NCBI GenBank assembly: GCA_021159335.1
Contig: JAGGRZ010000085.1
Location: 1-59,674, forward strand
Length of the DNA: 59,674 bases
From: a bacterium
Lineage (GTDB): Bacteria > UBP14 > UBA6098 > B30-G16
Direction of reading: 5' to 3'
In this document: piece after piece, positions 8,774-17,152 of the stretch
Numbering within the stretch: position 1 is the first letter of the stretch
Layout: every line of letters starts with the position of its first letter
Program-made: the position numbers and the translations under genes
Notes under the pieces: model-generated
The model's database searches: none
What the model was told of the DNA's origin: nothing
What the model saw: only the letters and a program-made list of their open reading frames with translations

Positions 8774-10675
8774 TCAGTCATAAAAACGCCATCTTATCCC
8801 GCCGTAGAAAACCCTTCCCATTGACTTTCTTCCGTCAAATGTATCCCACCTTGTATCAGTAAGATTTTTCCATGCCACGAATATTTCGAACAGGCTGTAA
8901 GTGGCTGATACTACGACATCAGCCAAAAAACCAGGTCGAATAACCTTAGTTGTCCCGCAAACTGTCGTCTCGAAACTCCCTATATATTTCGGCGTCAGAA
9001 TAATGCTGAACCCTACATCCTTAGGCAATGAAAGATTAAGCTTAATCGGCAAAGTAACAAACATATCAGGTCGTTCAGGAAGTCTCTTGCCCGTGCTGTC
9101 TTTGGCCAACAAGTAAGCAGCGTTTAACCCAGCAGAAAGCCAGTCAAAAGCTTTCATGGAAGTCATTATCTTCAAACCCGCAATCGAAGCGGTGGCAATA
9201 TTTTCTGGCTGCCATATCGACGAATCAGGACCATCAGAGACGGGAATGTATGTAGAGGTCCACTGAATCAGGTCCTTATAAAAAGTTGCAAAGGCTGTAA
9301 CTGAACCCTTAACCCGACTCTTATTAAATCCAATGCCAACGGAGGCGTTGGTCGAGTTCTCCTTCTTGAGTTCCTCATTTCCTCGTGTGCCGTAAATCAT
9401 CACTGTCTGCCAACCGACAGTATCGCCGGAAGAATCAATTACTGGAACTGAATACGGAAAATAGGATTCCATCCACCACAAATCGTTCGGGGTGGGAAAT
9501 CTTAAGCCTCTGCCGAAATTAGCCACAGCGTATACGCCCTTCGATAAATCCTTTCTTAGTCCACCGCCAAAACTGAACCCGCCCTTGCCGTTTATGCCCT
9601 TATCGTAACGAACAGATAAAAGCACTTTTGCCCAGTTAGACCTTACAGTTGATTGAATTCCCGCTCCAAGTTCGCTTAGTCCATCGTGGTCTCCGCTGTC
9701 TGTGCTTCTTAATTTCAACAGTCGTGGCTGAACGAAAACTTTTGTGCTTATCGCTCCAAACTCTCTTGCTGCCCTCAGATCAAATGTCAACGCATTAGCC
9801 TTATGCTCGGATGAGCTGTAACTCGTGAAATATTTTTGTTTGTATTTTTCAAGTCGAACGGCTGCTGTGAGCAGATTTTCGCCAAATCTCGTGTTAATTC
9901 TTACATCTGCCAAAGCGACCTCATCCCTTTGGTGACCCAATGTCCCATAAGAGTAATAATCGAGCCATCCTCTATGCGAATGACCAAAAAGCTCTATCTT
10001 AAAGTTTTCCGATGCCCCAATTAAAAATTTTGATGACACATTCTCCACCCTATTCTTCTCCCCTTCGAGATAACCCGAATTCTCAACCCTATCACCTGCG
10101 ATAAGCATCGATAACCCGCGAAAAAGATTATGCTCCATGCGCAGCTTAATACACTCCAGAGCGTAATTTCCCTGCATATACTCGATGTCAGTTACTGTCG
10201 TATCAAATCGGTCCATTTCGATAACAAAATTCATAGCACCAGCCATTCCACCAGTGCCGTAAACAGCTGACCACGCGCCCGGAATGACCTCGGCACGGGA
10301 AATAGCGCTCATAGACAGCCATCCAGCATCAAACAGCCCAAGCTGAGGGAACTGAACAGGCAAACCGTCAACAAGTATGCGCTGATGGTTGGAGCTTCCA
10401 CCGTTTATCATTGGAGTCGCAGAAGCTCCAAAAATAGGTCTTTGGCGTCTGCAATAGACACCACCAACCGCGCTAAGTAAGTCCACAAATTCAACTGGAT
10501 GACGCGACGAAATCTCGTCACGATTTATCGCCACACCATCGGACGAAAACTCAAGCAATTCACTTTTGACAAATTTCTTCGCCCAAATCGTATCCGCAAC
10601 CGCACGATAAACTTTAAGTGAGTCATCCTGAGCAAAAACAACAGAAAGAATCGCTAACAGAACGAACGACTTCAT
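8774..10675 (-). CDS. TonB-dependent outer-membrane receptor (small, BtuB-size)
   Basis: Signal peptide MKSFVLLAILSVVFAQ; plug-domain motifs (ILVDGLPV, AEVIPGAWSAVYGTGGMAGAMNFV); long beta-strand-rich barrel region ending ..GGIRWRFYD. Confidence 0.8.
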   Translation of the reverse strand: MKSFVLLAILSVVFAQDDSLKVYRAVADTIWAKKFVKSELLEFSSDGVAINRDEISSRHPVEFVDLLSAVGGVYCRRQRPIFGASATPMINGGSSNHQRILVDGLPVQFPQLGLFDAGWLSMSAISRAEVIPGAWSAVYGTGGMAGAMNFVIEMDRFDTTVTDIEYMQGNYALECIKLRMEHNLFRGLSMLIAGDRVENSGYLEGEKNRVENVSSKFLIGASENFKIELFGHSHRGWLDYYSYGTLGHQRDEVALADVRINTRFGENLLTAAVRLEKYKQKYFTSYSSSEHKANALTFDLRAAREFGAISTKVFVQPRLLKLRSTDSGDHDGLSELGAGIQSTVRSNWAKVLLSVRYDKGINGKGGFSFGGGLRKDLSKGVYAVANFGRGLRFPTPNDLWWMESYFPYSVPVIDSSGDTVGWQTVMIYGTRGNEELKKENSTNASVGIGFNKSRVKGSVTAFATFYKDLIQWTSTYIPVSDGPDSSIWQPENIATASIAGLKIMTSMKAFDWLSAGLNAAYLLAKDSTGKRLPERPDMFVTLPIKLNLSLPKDVGFSIILTPKYIGSFETTVCGTTKVIRPGFLADVVVSATYSLFEIFVAWKNLTDTRWDTFDGRKSMGRVFYGGIRWRFYD

Positions 10676-10780
10676 TTTCTTACCTCCTCCTGTTTGGTCT
10701 TTTCGGACAATTGAAATATCGGTGGGGAATAGGGTCTTGTCAAGTGAAAAAACAATATGTAGTGGTTAAATAATTATAAA

Positions 10781-10798
10781 AACACAATATATTGTGTT
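10781..10798. repeat. Perfect 18-bp palindrome AACACAATATATTGTGTT between the sbcD-like stop and the TonB-receptor promoter region
   Basis: Read directly from the sequence. On the minus strand it is followed by TTTTAT, so it could be a weak sbcD terminator. A TTGACA-N17-GATATT promoter-like element for the receptor gene lies downstream of it, so it could instead be an operator. Confidence 0.5.
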
Positions 10799-10799
10799 A

Positions 10800-11987
10800 C
10801 TAATTTCGCGAGCCTCTCAATTCATCAATAATCTCTTTGGCACATTTCAAAATATCCTCTTTTTTAGCAAGGTGCTCCTTGCGCACAGATGAGATGTATT
10901 CAGATATAATATCCAATGTTCCCATTGCCTTTCTCGGTGCTTTACTTAGAGATTTCTCCGCAGTTAAACCAGAATACTTTGTGTTCACGCTTACCTTACA
11001 TTCCAAAGCTCCTCTTTTAAGCACTGTGCGCTTTATAAATGGAATATCTGGCTTCGGGTCGGAGGCAGCCCTCGTTATCGCTATCCTTACGATAGCGTCC
11101 TTAAGTCTCATTTGTCCAAGCCTCTCCAAAATGTATTCGGTCGGGTTGGCAGTATCAGCAATATTTACACTTACGGTGATAAAACTTGGCGATTCGAGCT
11201 CGACGAAATTCCATCTTGCACGCCAAAAAGAATTCTCTTCGGTCAACCTAACGAACACAAAACCTTTTGTTTCATTGGCTTCGCTGAAACTAACCCTGCT
11301 AAGGCTTCCAGCATAAACAGTCGGCGGGTTGGATATGAGCTTCTGATGCCTGTGGAGATGTCCCAAGGCGATGTAGGAAAAAGGCGTGTCTCGAAATACA
11401 TCGGGAAAAGCGTGAGGCTCGTCAGGAAGAAGGTTAAGGTCGCTGCCTGAAAGTCTGGCACCCAGAACAAAAATGTGCGCCATAAGTATTGAAGGATGTT
11501 TCGGCTCAACCGACGAGCAAGCTTCCTCAAGTAAGGAAGAAAAATCACTCTTGATAATAGCGCTATAGGGAATCGCAGCAATGTCAAGGGGCAAACCTTT
11601 TACCTCAAGCGAAAAAATGCCAAACTTATCCGCAACAATTATTCCCGGAACACCGAGCGTGTCGTATATTTTAACCGGATGGTCACCCCAGCCAGGTATT
11701 TCGTGATTACCGATCAAATAGACGACCTTAGCTCCGCTGTCTACCAACGATTTCAATACGCCCGCAAGCGCATTCTGAATGGTAGGTGATGGATTGCCGC
11801 GGTTAAGAATGTCCCCGCTTAAAAGCACGACATCGACCTCATTTTTGCGGACAAAGTCAACGAGCGATTCGGCTGCTTTCAATACGAAAAGGGTTCTTAC
11901 AGGTACTCCGCTCTTATCCCTTGCGCCTGGATAGAATCCGAGGTGCCAGTCTGAGGAATGAACTATTTTTATTTCTCTCGTGCTCAA
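10800..11987 (-). CDS. sbcD: SbcD/Mre11-family metallophosphoesterase nuclease
   Basis: Calcineurin-like phosphoesterase motifs HSSDWHLG, LLSGDILNRG, GNHE and ALGHLHRHQ, with a C-terminal capping-type domain. TTG start. No sbcC/rad50 neighbour. Confidence 0.8.
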   Translation of the reverse strand: MSTREIKIVHSSDWHLGFYPGARDKSGVPVRTLFVLKAAESLVDFVRKNEVDVVLLSGDILNRGNPSPTIQNALAGVLKSLVDSGAKVVYLIGNHEIPGWGDHPVKIYDTLGVPGIIVADKFGIFSLEVKGLPLDIAAIPYSAIIKSDFSSLLEEACSSVEPKHPSILMAHIFVLGARLSGSDLNLLPDEPHAFPDVFRDTPFSYIALGHLHRHQKLISNPPTVYAGSLSRVSFSEANETKGFVFVRLTEENSFWRARWNFVELESPSFITVSVNIADTANPTEYILERLGQMRLKDAIVRIAITRAASDPKPDIPFIKRTVLKRGALECKVSVNTKYSGLTAEKSLSKAPRKAMGTLDIISEYISSVRKEHLAKKEDILKCAKEIIDELRGSRN

Positions 11988-12012
11988 AATATCGTTTGAC
12001 GCTCGATTCAGA

Positions 12013-12039
12013 ATAAAAAGGGGCTCACTTACGAGCCCC
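12013..12039 (-). terminator. Rho-independent terminator closing the 28533->12083 gene block
   Basis: The minus strand reads GGGGCTC-GTAAGT-GAGCCCC followed by TTTTTAT. It starts about 43 nt after the stop of the TPR-PEGA-NHL gene. Confidence 0.65.
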
Positions 12040-12082
12040 TACACTCTACACAATAAAGATTTTTATTGCTTCGTGCTGTTCA

Positions 12083-15000
12083 TCACGGCTTGTAATTGTT
12101 GTCCCAGCTTCCTTTAAGAACCGTCAAACCTTTCAGGTTAGCAAGATAAACCACCGATGCTGGGCCCTCGCCGATCTGAGAAACAGCTTTTGGCGCTGGC
12201 GCTCCTGTTGCGGCTATAGAAAGCGGCTCAAGTTTCGGGGTGTATTTAATAAGAGTATTGGTCGCGTAGTCAGCCACGAACACAAAGCCATCGGGCGCGA
12301 CATAAACATACGCAGGCTGTTTCTGGTCGGGAAGCTCGACATCACCAAGATATTCGCCACCAATGGAGAAACGAACTATTTTACCTTTCCCTATGTCAGC
12401 CACGAGAATTTCGTCGCCGTTCACAGCGACCGAAAGCGGATGAACAAGCTCATCCCGACCGAACTCTTTTTTGAACGACTTGCCCTCGAAAACCACTATC
12501 CTGTGATTCCCAGCATCCGCAATGTAATAAACGCCCTCAGAAACAGCCACACCAGCAGGCATCCAAAGCGGGCTGCTACCGTATCTTTCCCCGCTATATG
12601 CTATAACATCGAACTTAAGTTTTGCAGCCTTAACTGGTTTAACCTCTTCAGCTGCTTCCTCACCTTCAGCGGTGGTGGATTCCTCCGGTTCCTCTTTTAT
12701 AACCTCAGATTTCCCGGGTATAAGCCTTATAATCTGGTTCCTTTTGGGGTCAGTTATTATAAGTTTCCTTCCATCGAGTGCCAGTCCACCAACACCACCA
12801 ATGGTAAGGTCGCTGTACCTGAACTCGCCTTTTTTGCTCCCATCCTTGGATAACCATATTATCTTGTGGTCTTTCGCGTTCGCAACGAATGTTTCAGAAC
12901 CATTCGAGGAAACCGCTATGGCGTATCTCGTTCCCGAAACCTCGCCCGTAGGTGTATACTTAACCGCTTTCTTAAGCGTTATAGTTATCCTCTCGGAGCG
13001 AGTTATCTTTATCTTGCCGTCCCATTTGTAGAAACCTTTCTTCTTAACCACGACCTCATGCGTTCCTCTATTGGTGGTTATCTTGTAAAGTGATGGCTTA
13101 CCGCTTACTGGCTTCGCTGCGTCTGGCTTGCCGTCGAATATGATAGTTTCCTCGCCACCCTTAGGCTCGATAGCGAGCTCAATCGTAACATGAGTTTCCG
13201 GCGGACGGTCCGGGATAAGCTTGTCAATGTCAGGTATTTCCTTATATCTTGAATCCTTGTGCCAGATGTACAAGCATTCATGCTTTTTTCTTGCTCGCTC
13301 CGCCTCCTCGTCCACAAGCCTTTCGTATGTCATAGGAGCTTCCTTATACCTTGGAAGTGCCGAAGCCGCCGATGCCTGCGCACGACACGGTAGCTTGGAA
13401 AGTTCAAGGTCAGCTTTCTGATACCAATAGTCAGTTTTGTTGCGTATGGTCTTAAGAATTGAACCTAATGCTCTTGCTGCATCAGCACAACGATTCTGCT
13501 CCTCTTTTATTATCGCATATGTGAACGCAGCTCTATAGTGTCCTCTGGCTTTAAGCGGCGAAAGAAGCGACAAAGCAAGGTCATACTTGTTTATATTGAA
13601 GTAGCCTATACCTATAACATACTTCGCCTCGTCCCTGAAAGGCGATGTGCAACCCTCAAGAACGCCTCTCGCCTCTTCTATAGTTGCGGGGGCTTTATCC
13701 TTCTCCTGAACTGTGGCAAGTTTAACGAGAGCAACACCTTTAAGAAATCTTGCCCTATTTTTCAGCGCAGACGAGACTCCAGCACTGAGCACCTTGTCAA
13801 ACGCGTGAATAGCAAATCGTAGAGCAGTCTCACGCTCAAGAGCGGCAGTCTCTATGCCCTTCTGCAGAAAGTATTTTCCGGCATCGATGTACTTTTCCGC
13901 ATCCTTGGGCAACTGAAGCCCAGCAAGAGCCATGGCTGCATCGAAAACGCTTACATTCCTTTCCTTACCAAGGCTCGATTCGATGTTTATCAAGAATCGC
14001 CTTATCGCAACAATATCCCTTGCATCTTCGGTAAGATACCTGTAGTACTCACCCTTTGGGTTCTCAAGCGCTTTGTATATGTTGTCCGCCTGCCCAAGAA
14101 GGTTTATATCGCTTCTTTTCACACCCATCCAGAACAAACACTCAGCCTGCCTGAACTTGGCGTCAGCGCGAAGCTCCCTCATTTTCGTCGTTCTTATGGC
14201 ACCGCTCTTGCTCAAGAATGTGGAGAATTTTGCATTAGCTTTATCGTATTCGCTGTTGATAAAGTGAAGCCATCCAGCCCAGTAATAAGCCTCAAAGTTT
14301 TTGCTTGCTACCCTTGAGAGGTTGCTTGCGGCACTGCGTAGTGGACCATTGTAAATAAGGTAGTTAAGCAATGCACCATCAGCTATTCTGTTCAAAACTT
14401 CATCACCCCAACCCGGCGCCGAACGAAGGTCAGTAAGCTTTTCCAGTGCATCGTCGAGTTGCTTTTTGTCTCCCACCGAACCAAGTGTTATCATGTCAAT
14501 AAGCTTACCCACTTTCCCCATAAGCTGAAGGTCCTTGTATGTTCCCGCAGATGCCACCATCTTCTCGAGAATCTTCATAGAAAGCCCGAGTTCTTCCTCA
14601 GCGGCAGAAAATCGCGTCCCCTTTGCGAGTTTATACTTTTCCCACTTGTCCTCAGGAACTCTAAGATAAAGCCTTGCTATAACATAATGGCAGGTAGCTT
14701 CCATATAAGCTGCCGAAAGCGCAAGCTGCTCGTTCGAGGACATCTTAGCCTTCTTGAAGGTCTCCACTGCATCCTTCAGGAATTTCTTTGCGGTGCCGTA
14801 TTTTCCGGGATAAAATGAATTAATGTAACCAAGCTGATACTGGCAGTATCCAAGCAAATATGTCGCATTGTCGATAAGGTCCTGGAAGTCGGCTTTGTTC
14901 TTCTGAACATTCTCGTCATCGAGAAATGCCATGAGATTTCCGATAGCATTGTCCAGCTCCCTTGACTGTGCTCTTTCAGTAGCTGCAAGCTGGAATAACC

Positions 15001-15391
15001 TAAACGAACAGAGCGAACGCATGTAAACCGAGCGAACATACTCTTCACCTATTATGCCAAGGTTCTTGAATGCAAGCGCAGCATCACGGAATGTCTCCGC
15101 TGCTTTTTCTATAAGGTCTCTATCTTTACCTATTTTAGCAGCATAATATCGCGCTGTAGCAAGAAAGTATTTGGAGTAAGCCTCATCAGAGGGTGATAGA
15201 ACGCCGCCCAGCAATTGCTCGAAATCCTTTATAGCTTCCTCGAAAAGTGGCTTGGCTTTGTCCATATCGCCCGCAAGATAGCTTTTAACGCCTTTATCCA
15301 GCGCATGCGTGGCAGTAGCAAGGTCTATAGTCTGCGCCGAGGCAAGGCATAACGCCAAAAGTGGCATTGTTATTAGTAAGAATTTACGCAT
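12083..15391 (-). CDS. Large exported TPR-rich protein with PEGA-like domain and C-terminal NHL-repeat beta-propeller
   Basis: Signal peptide MRKFLLITMPLLALCLASAQ, then ~700 aa of helical TPR-like repeats. A PEGA-like segment follows (IIFDGKP..GTHEVVVKKKGFYKWDGKIKITRSERITITLKK). The C-terminus carries NHL-type blades (VYYIADAGNHRIVVFEG, ILVADIGKGKIVRFS, FVFVADYATNTLIKY). Confidence 0.75.
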   Translation of the reverse strand: MRKFLLITMPLLALCLASAQTIDLATATHALDKGVKSYLAGDMDKAKPLFEEAIKDFEQLLGGVLSPSDEAYSKYFLATARYYAAKIGKDRDLIEKAAETFRDAALAFKNLGIIGEEYVRSVYMRSLCSFRLFQLAATERAQSRELDNAIGNLMAFLDDENVQKNKADFQDLIDNATYLLGYCQYQLGYINSFYPGKYGTAKKFLKDAVETFKKAKMSSNEQLALSAAYMEATCHYVIARLYLRVPEDKWEKYKLAKGTRFSAAEEELGLSMKILEKMVASAGTYKDLQLMGKVGKLIDMITLGSVGDKKQLDDALEKLTDLRSAPGWGDEVLNRIADGALLNYLIYNGPLRSAASNLSRVASKNFEAYYWAGWLHFINSEYDKANAKFSTFLSKSGAIRTTKMRELRADAKFRQAECLFWMGVKRSDINLLGQADNIYKALENPKGEYYRYLTEDARDIVAIRRFLINIESSLGKERNVSVFDAAMALAGLQLPKDAEKYIDAGKYFLQKGIETAALERETALRFAIHAFDKVLSAGVSSALKNRARFLKGVALVKLATVQEKDKAPATIEEARGVLEGCTSPFRDEAKYVIGIGYFNINKYDLALSLLSPLKARGHYRAAFTYAIIKEEQNRCADAARALGSILKTIRNKTDYWYQKADLELSKLPCRAQASAASALPRYKEAPMTYERLVDEEAERARKKHECLYIWHKDSRYKEIPDIDKLIPDRPPETHVTIELAIEPKGGEETIIFDGKPDAAKPVSGKPSLYKITTNRGTHEVVVKKKGFYKWDGKIKITRSERITITLKKAVKYTPTGEVSGTRYAIAVSSNGSETFVANAKDHKIIWLSKDGSKKGEFRYSDLTIGGVGGLALDGRKLIITDPKRNQIIRLIPGKSEVIKEEPEESTTAEGEEAAEEVKPVKAAKLKFDVIAYSGERYGSSPLWMPAGVAVSEGVYYIADAGNHRIVVFEGKSFKKEFGRDELVHPLSVAVNGDEILVADIGKGKIVRFSIGGEYLGDVELPDQKQPAYVYVAPDGFVFVADYATNTLIKYTPKLEPLSIAATGAPAPKAVSQIGEGPASVVYLANLKGLTVLKGSWDNNYKP

Positions 15392-15472
15392 ATACTTACC
15401 TCCCGATTTTATTCTAAATAGTGTCGCTTCCCAAGTTAAAACGCTTCATACCTGGTTTTTCTTAGTCCACAA

Positions 15473-16021
15473 TCAGAAAAGCGTTCCCTTAACCACGGTG
15501 AATCCGACCTGACGAACCATTTCACGCACATTCCCAAGCCTCGGAACCTCTTTCCCCGCCTCAGCCTCAACAAGAACTATCCTTCCCGGGTCCACCTCTA
15601 TCCTCTTTTTCGCCACATCAACCTTGATCCTCATCGCACCTTTGCCGAATCGCGTATAAGTCCACCCTTGTATCACCCTTACGATGTAATCGTTAAACTG
15701 AGGTAAACTCGTCCTCTGGATTATGGTCGGCGAAATAACTGAAACCTCAACGGTGTATTCCACTATTATGGGCTTATCAGGAATACCGTAGTTTTCCTTT
15801 ATGTAGTTGAATTCTATGTAATCTGTTGCGTTAGCTATTCTGAATATTGGTGGTGGAGGTGGTGTATATCTTATGGTTATCTTTCCCAGACCACCGCGAA
15901 ATATTATTTTGGGACCCTCGGGGATGTTTATGTAAGATTCTCCGCCACCGCCGCCGCATCCGAGAACAAGCAGGCTAAGCAATGCCAGCAAAAGCGCTAT
16001 TTTAAGTGTTTTTGTTTTCAT
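15473..16021 (-). CDS. Lipoprotein with poly-proline tract in the TonB gene position (divergent TonB-like or novel periplasmic component)
   Basis: Lipobox LLVLGC followed by a Gly run, and YTPPPPPIF. The start overlaps the upstream exbD stop (ATGA). No canonical TonB C-terminal signature is recognisable by eye. Confidence 0.5.
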   Translation of the reverse strand: MKTKTLKIALLLALLSLLVLGCGGGGGESYINIPEGPKIIFRGGLGKITIRYTPPPPPIFRIANATDYIEFNYIKENYGIPDKPIIVEYTVEVSVISPTIIQRTSLPQFNDYIVRVIQGWTYTRFGKGAMRIKVDVAKKRIEVDPGRIVLVEAEAGKEVPRLGNVREMVRQVGFTVVKGTLF

Positions 16022-16581
16022 ACCCGTCCCCTCCGTGACTTTTTGATCTCCACCTTAAGGTCCGAAAGCGTGCCTCTGACCCAGGCTATCTTCGCTATGC
16101 CTATCGAGTGCATGAACCCAGTTATCCTTACAACATCACTGTATGGTATATTTCCTGGAGCTCTTATTATGACTGCAGGGTCGTTATCCCTTATATCGAG
16201 CAGAAAAGCTTTCAACCCTCGCTCATCGTAGATAACTCTATATCGCTGTGCAGCATTTCTGAATGCCACATATGCAGACGGAATTTTAACTATTTGTCTC
16301 TTGTCCTTGAACCAATTGTAAAACTCAGCGGACTCGTCGTTGCCCTGAAGGACATAATAATCGAGTCCACCTGTGGGAGTTTTGTGTATCTGAATAAGGA
16401 CGGATGCCTCTGCATCGCCTCTTTTAGGCGTAGGAAGGTTCATAAGCCCTTCAACCTGCGGCGCCGACTTTATAGCCGGAAGAATCGATATCGAAACAAG
16501 GAAAAATATCATTAGTTGGAATATAATGTCCACAAGTGATGTAAGTTCCGTTGCAGGGAGCGGTTCTACTCGTCTTTTCAT
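16018..16581 (-). CDS. exbD: Biopolymer transport protein ExbD/TolR (long form, paralogue 2)
   Basis: N-terminus MKRRVEPLPATELTSLVDIIFQLMIFFLVS is the ExbD/TolR signature with its TM segment. It is 187 aa, longer than typical. Confidence 0.85.
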   Translation of the reverse strand: MKRRVEPLPATELTSLVDIIFQLMIFFLVSISILPAIKSAPQVEGLMNLPTPKRGDAEASVLIQIHKTPTGGLDYYVLQGNDESAEFYNWFKDKRQIVKIPSAYVAFRNAAQRYRVIYDERGLKAFLLDIRDNDPAVIIRAPGNIPYSDVVRITGFMHSIGIAKIAWVRGTLSDLKVEIKKSRRGRV

Positions 16582-16595
16582 TTGCTATCACCTCC

Positions 16596-17138
16596 CTAAA
16601 ATAGTCTTTTCTTGATGTGAGAAAATCTGAACCCTACTACTTCGATGGAGTCTCGGTCGCAGAATTCCATTATATCGAGAATGTATCCGAAAGGCGTATC
16701 CTTATGAGCGCGTATCTCAAGCCGTGGAGGTGGATTCCCCATAAATATCTCATCTTCAATCCTCCGCTGAAGTATCCTTTTCGCTTTTTCCAACGGGAAT
16801 GGACCATGCGCATGAGAAGACTCGGCTTCTGCTTCTTTAACTGTTGGCACCGCAGGGTCGAGTATATATGCTGCAAGGTCACCATTGAAAGGTGGCTTCT
16901 GTAATCTATCTATATGAAGTAAGTATCCCTCAGTAACCTCCCAATCCACTGATGAGAGCTTTTCAACCGCAGGGAGTTGAGGTAAGTCCTTTTTCTCCTG
17001 ACCCGCTACCTGTGCCGCAGACTGCTTAAGCATCGTTCCCAGCGCCATGGTAACCATGAAGAATATTAGCAACTGAAAGATAATATCCACAAGTGATGTC
17101 CACTCGGCTTTTGGAAGTGGTTCTTCGCGCCTCTTCAT
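16596..17138 (-). CDS. exbD: Biopolymer transport protein ExbD/TolR (long form, paralogue 1)
   Basis: MKRREEPLPKAEWTSLVDIIFQLLIFFMVT signature; 180 aa; lies 14 nt after the exbB stop. Confidence 0.85.
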   Translation of the reverse strand: MKRREEPLPKAEWTSLVDIIFQLLIFFMVTMALGTMLKQSAAQVAGQEKKDLPQLPAVEKLSSVDWEVTEGYLLHIDRLQKPPFNGDLAAYILDPAVPTVKEAEAESSHAHGPFPLEKAKRILQRRIEDEIFMGNPPPRLEIRAHKDTPFGYILDIMEFCDRDSIEVVGFRFSHIKKRLF

Positions 17139-17152
17139 AGTCTACCACCTCC

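Noticed and set aside
10676-10799. Possible cobalamin or other riboswitch in front of the BtuB-sized TonB-dependent receptor
   Set aside because: The predicted leader between the promoter-like element and the start codon is only ~50-60 nt. That is too short for a cobalamin riboswitch, and no B12-box-like sequence was seen.
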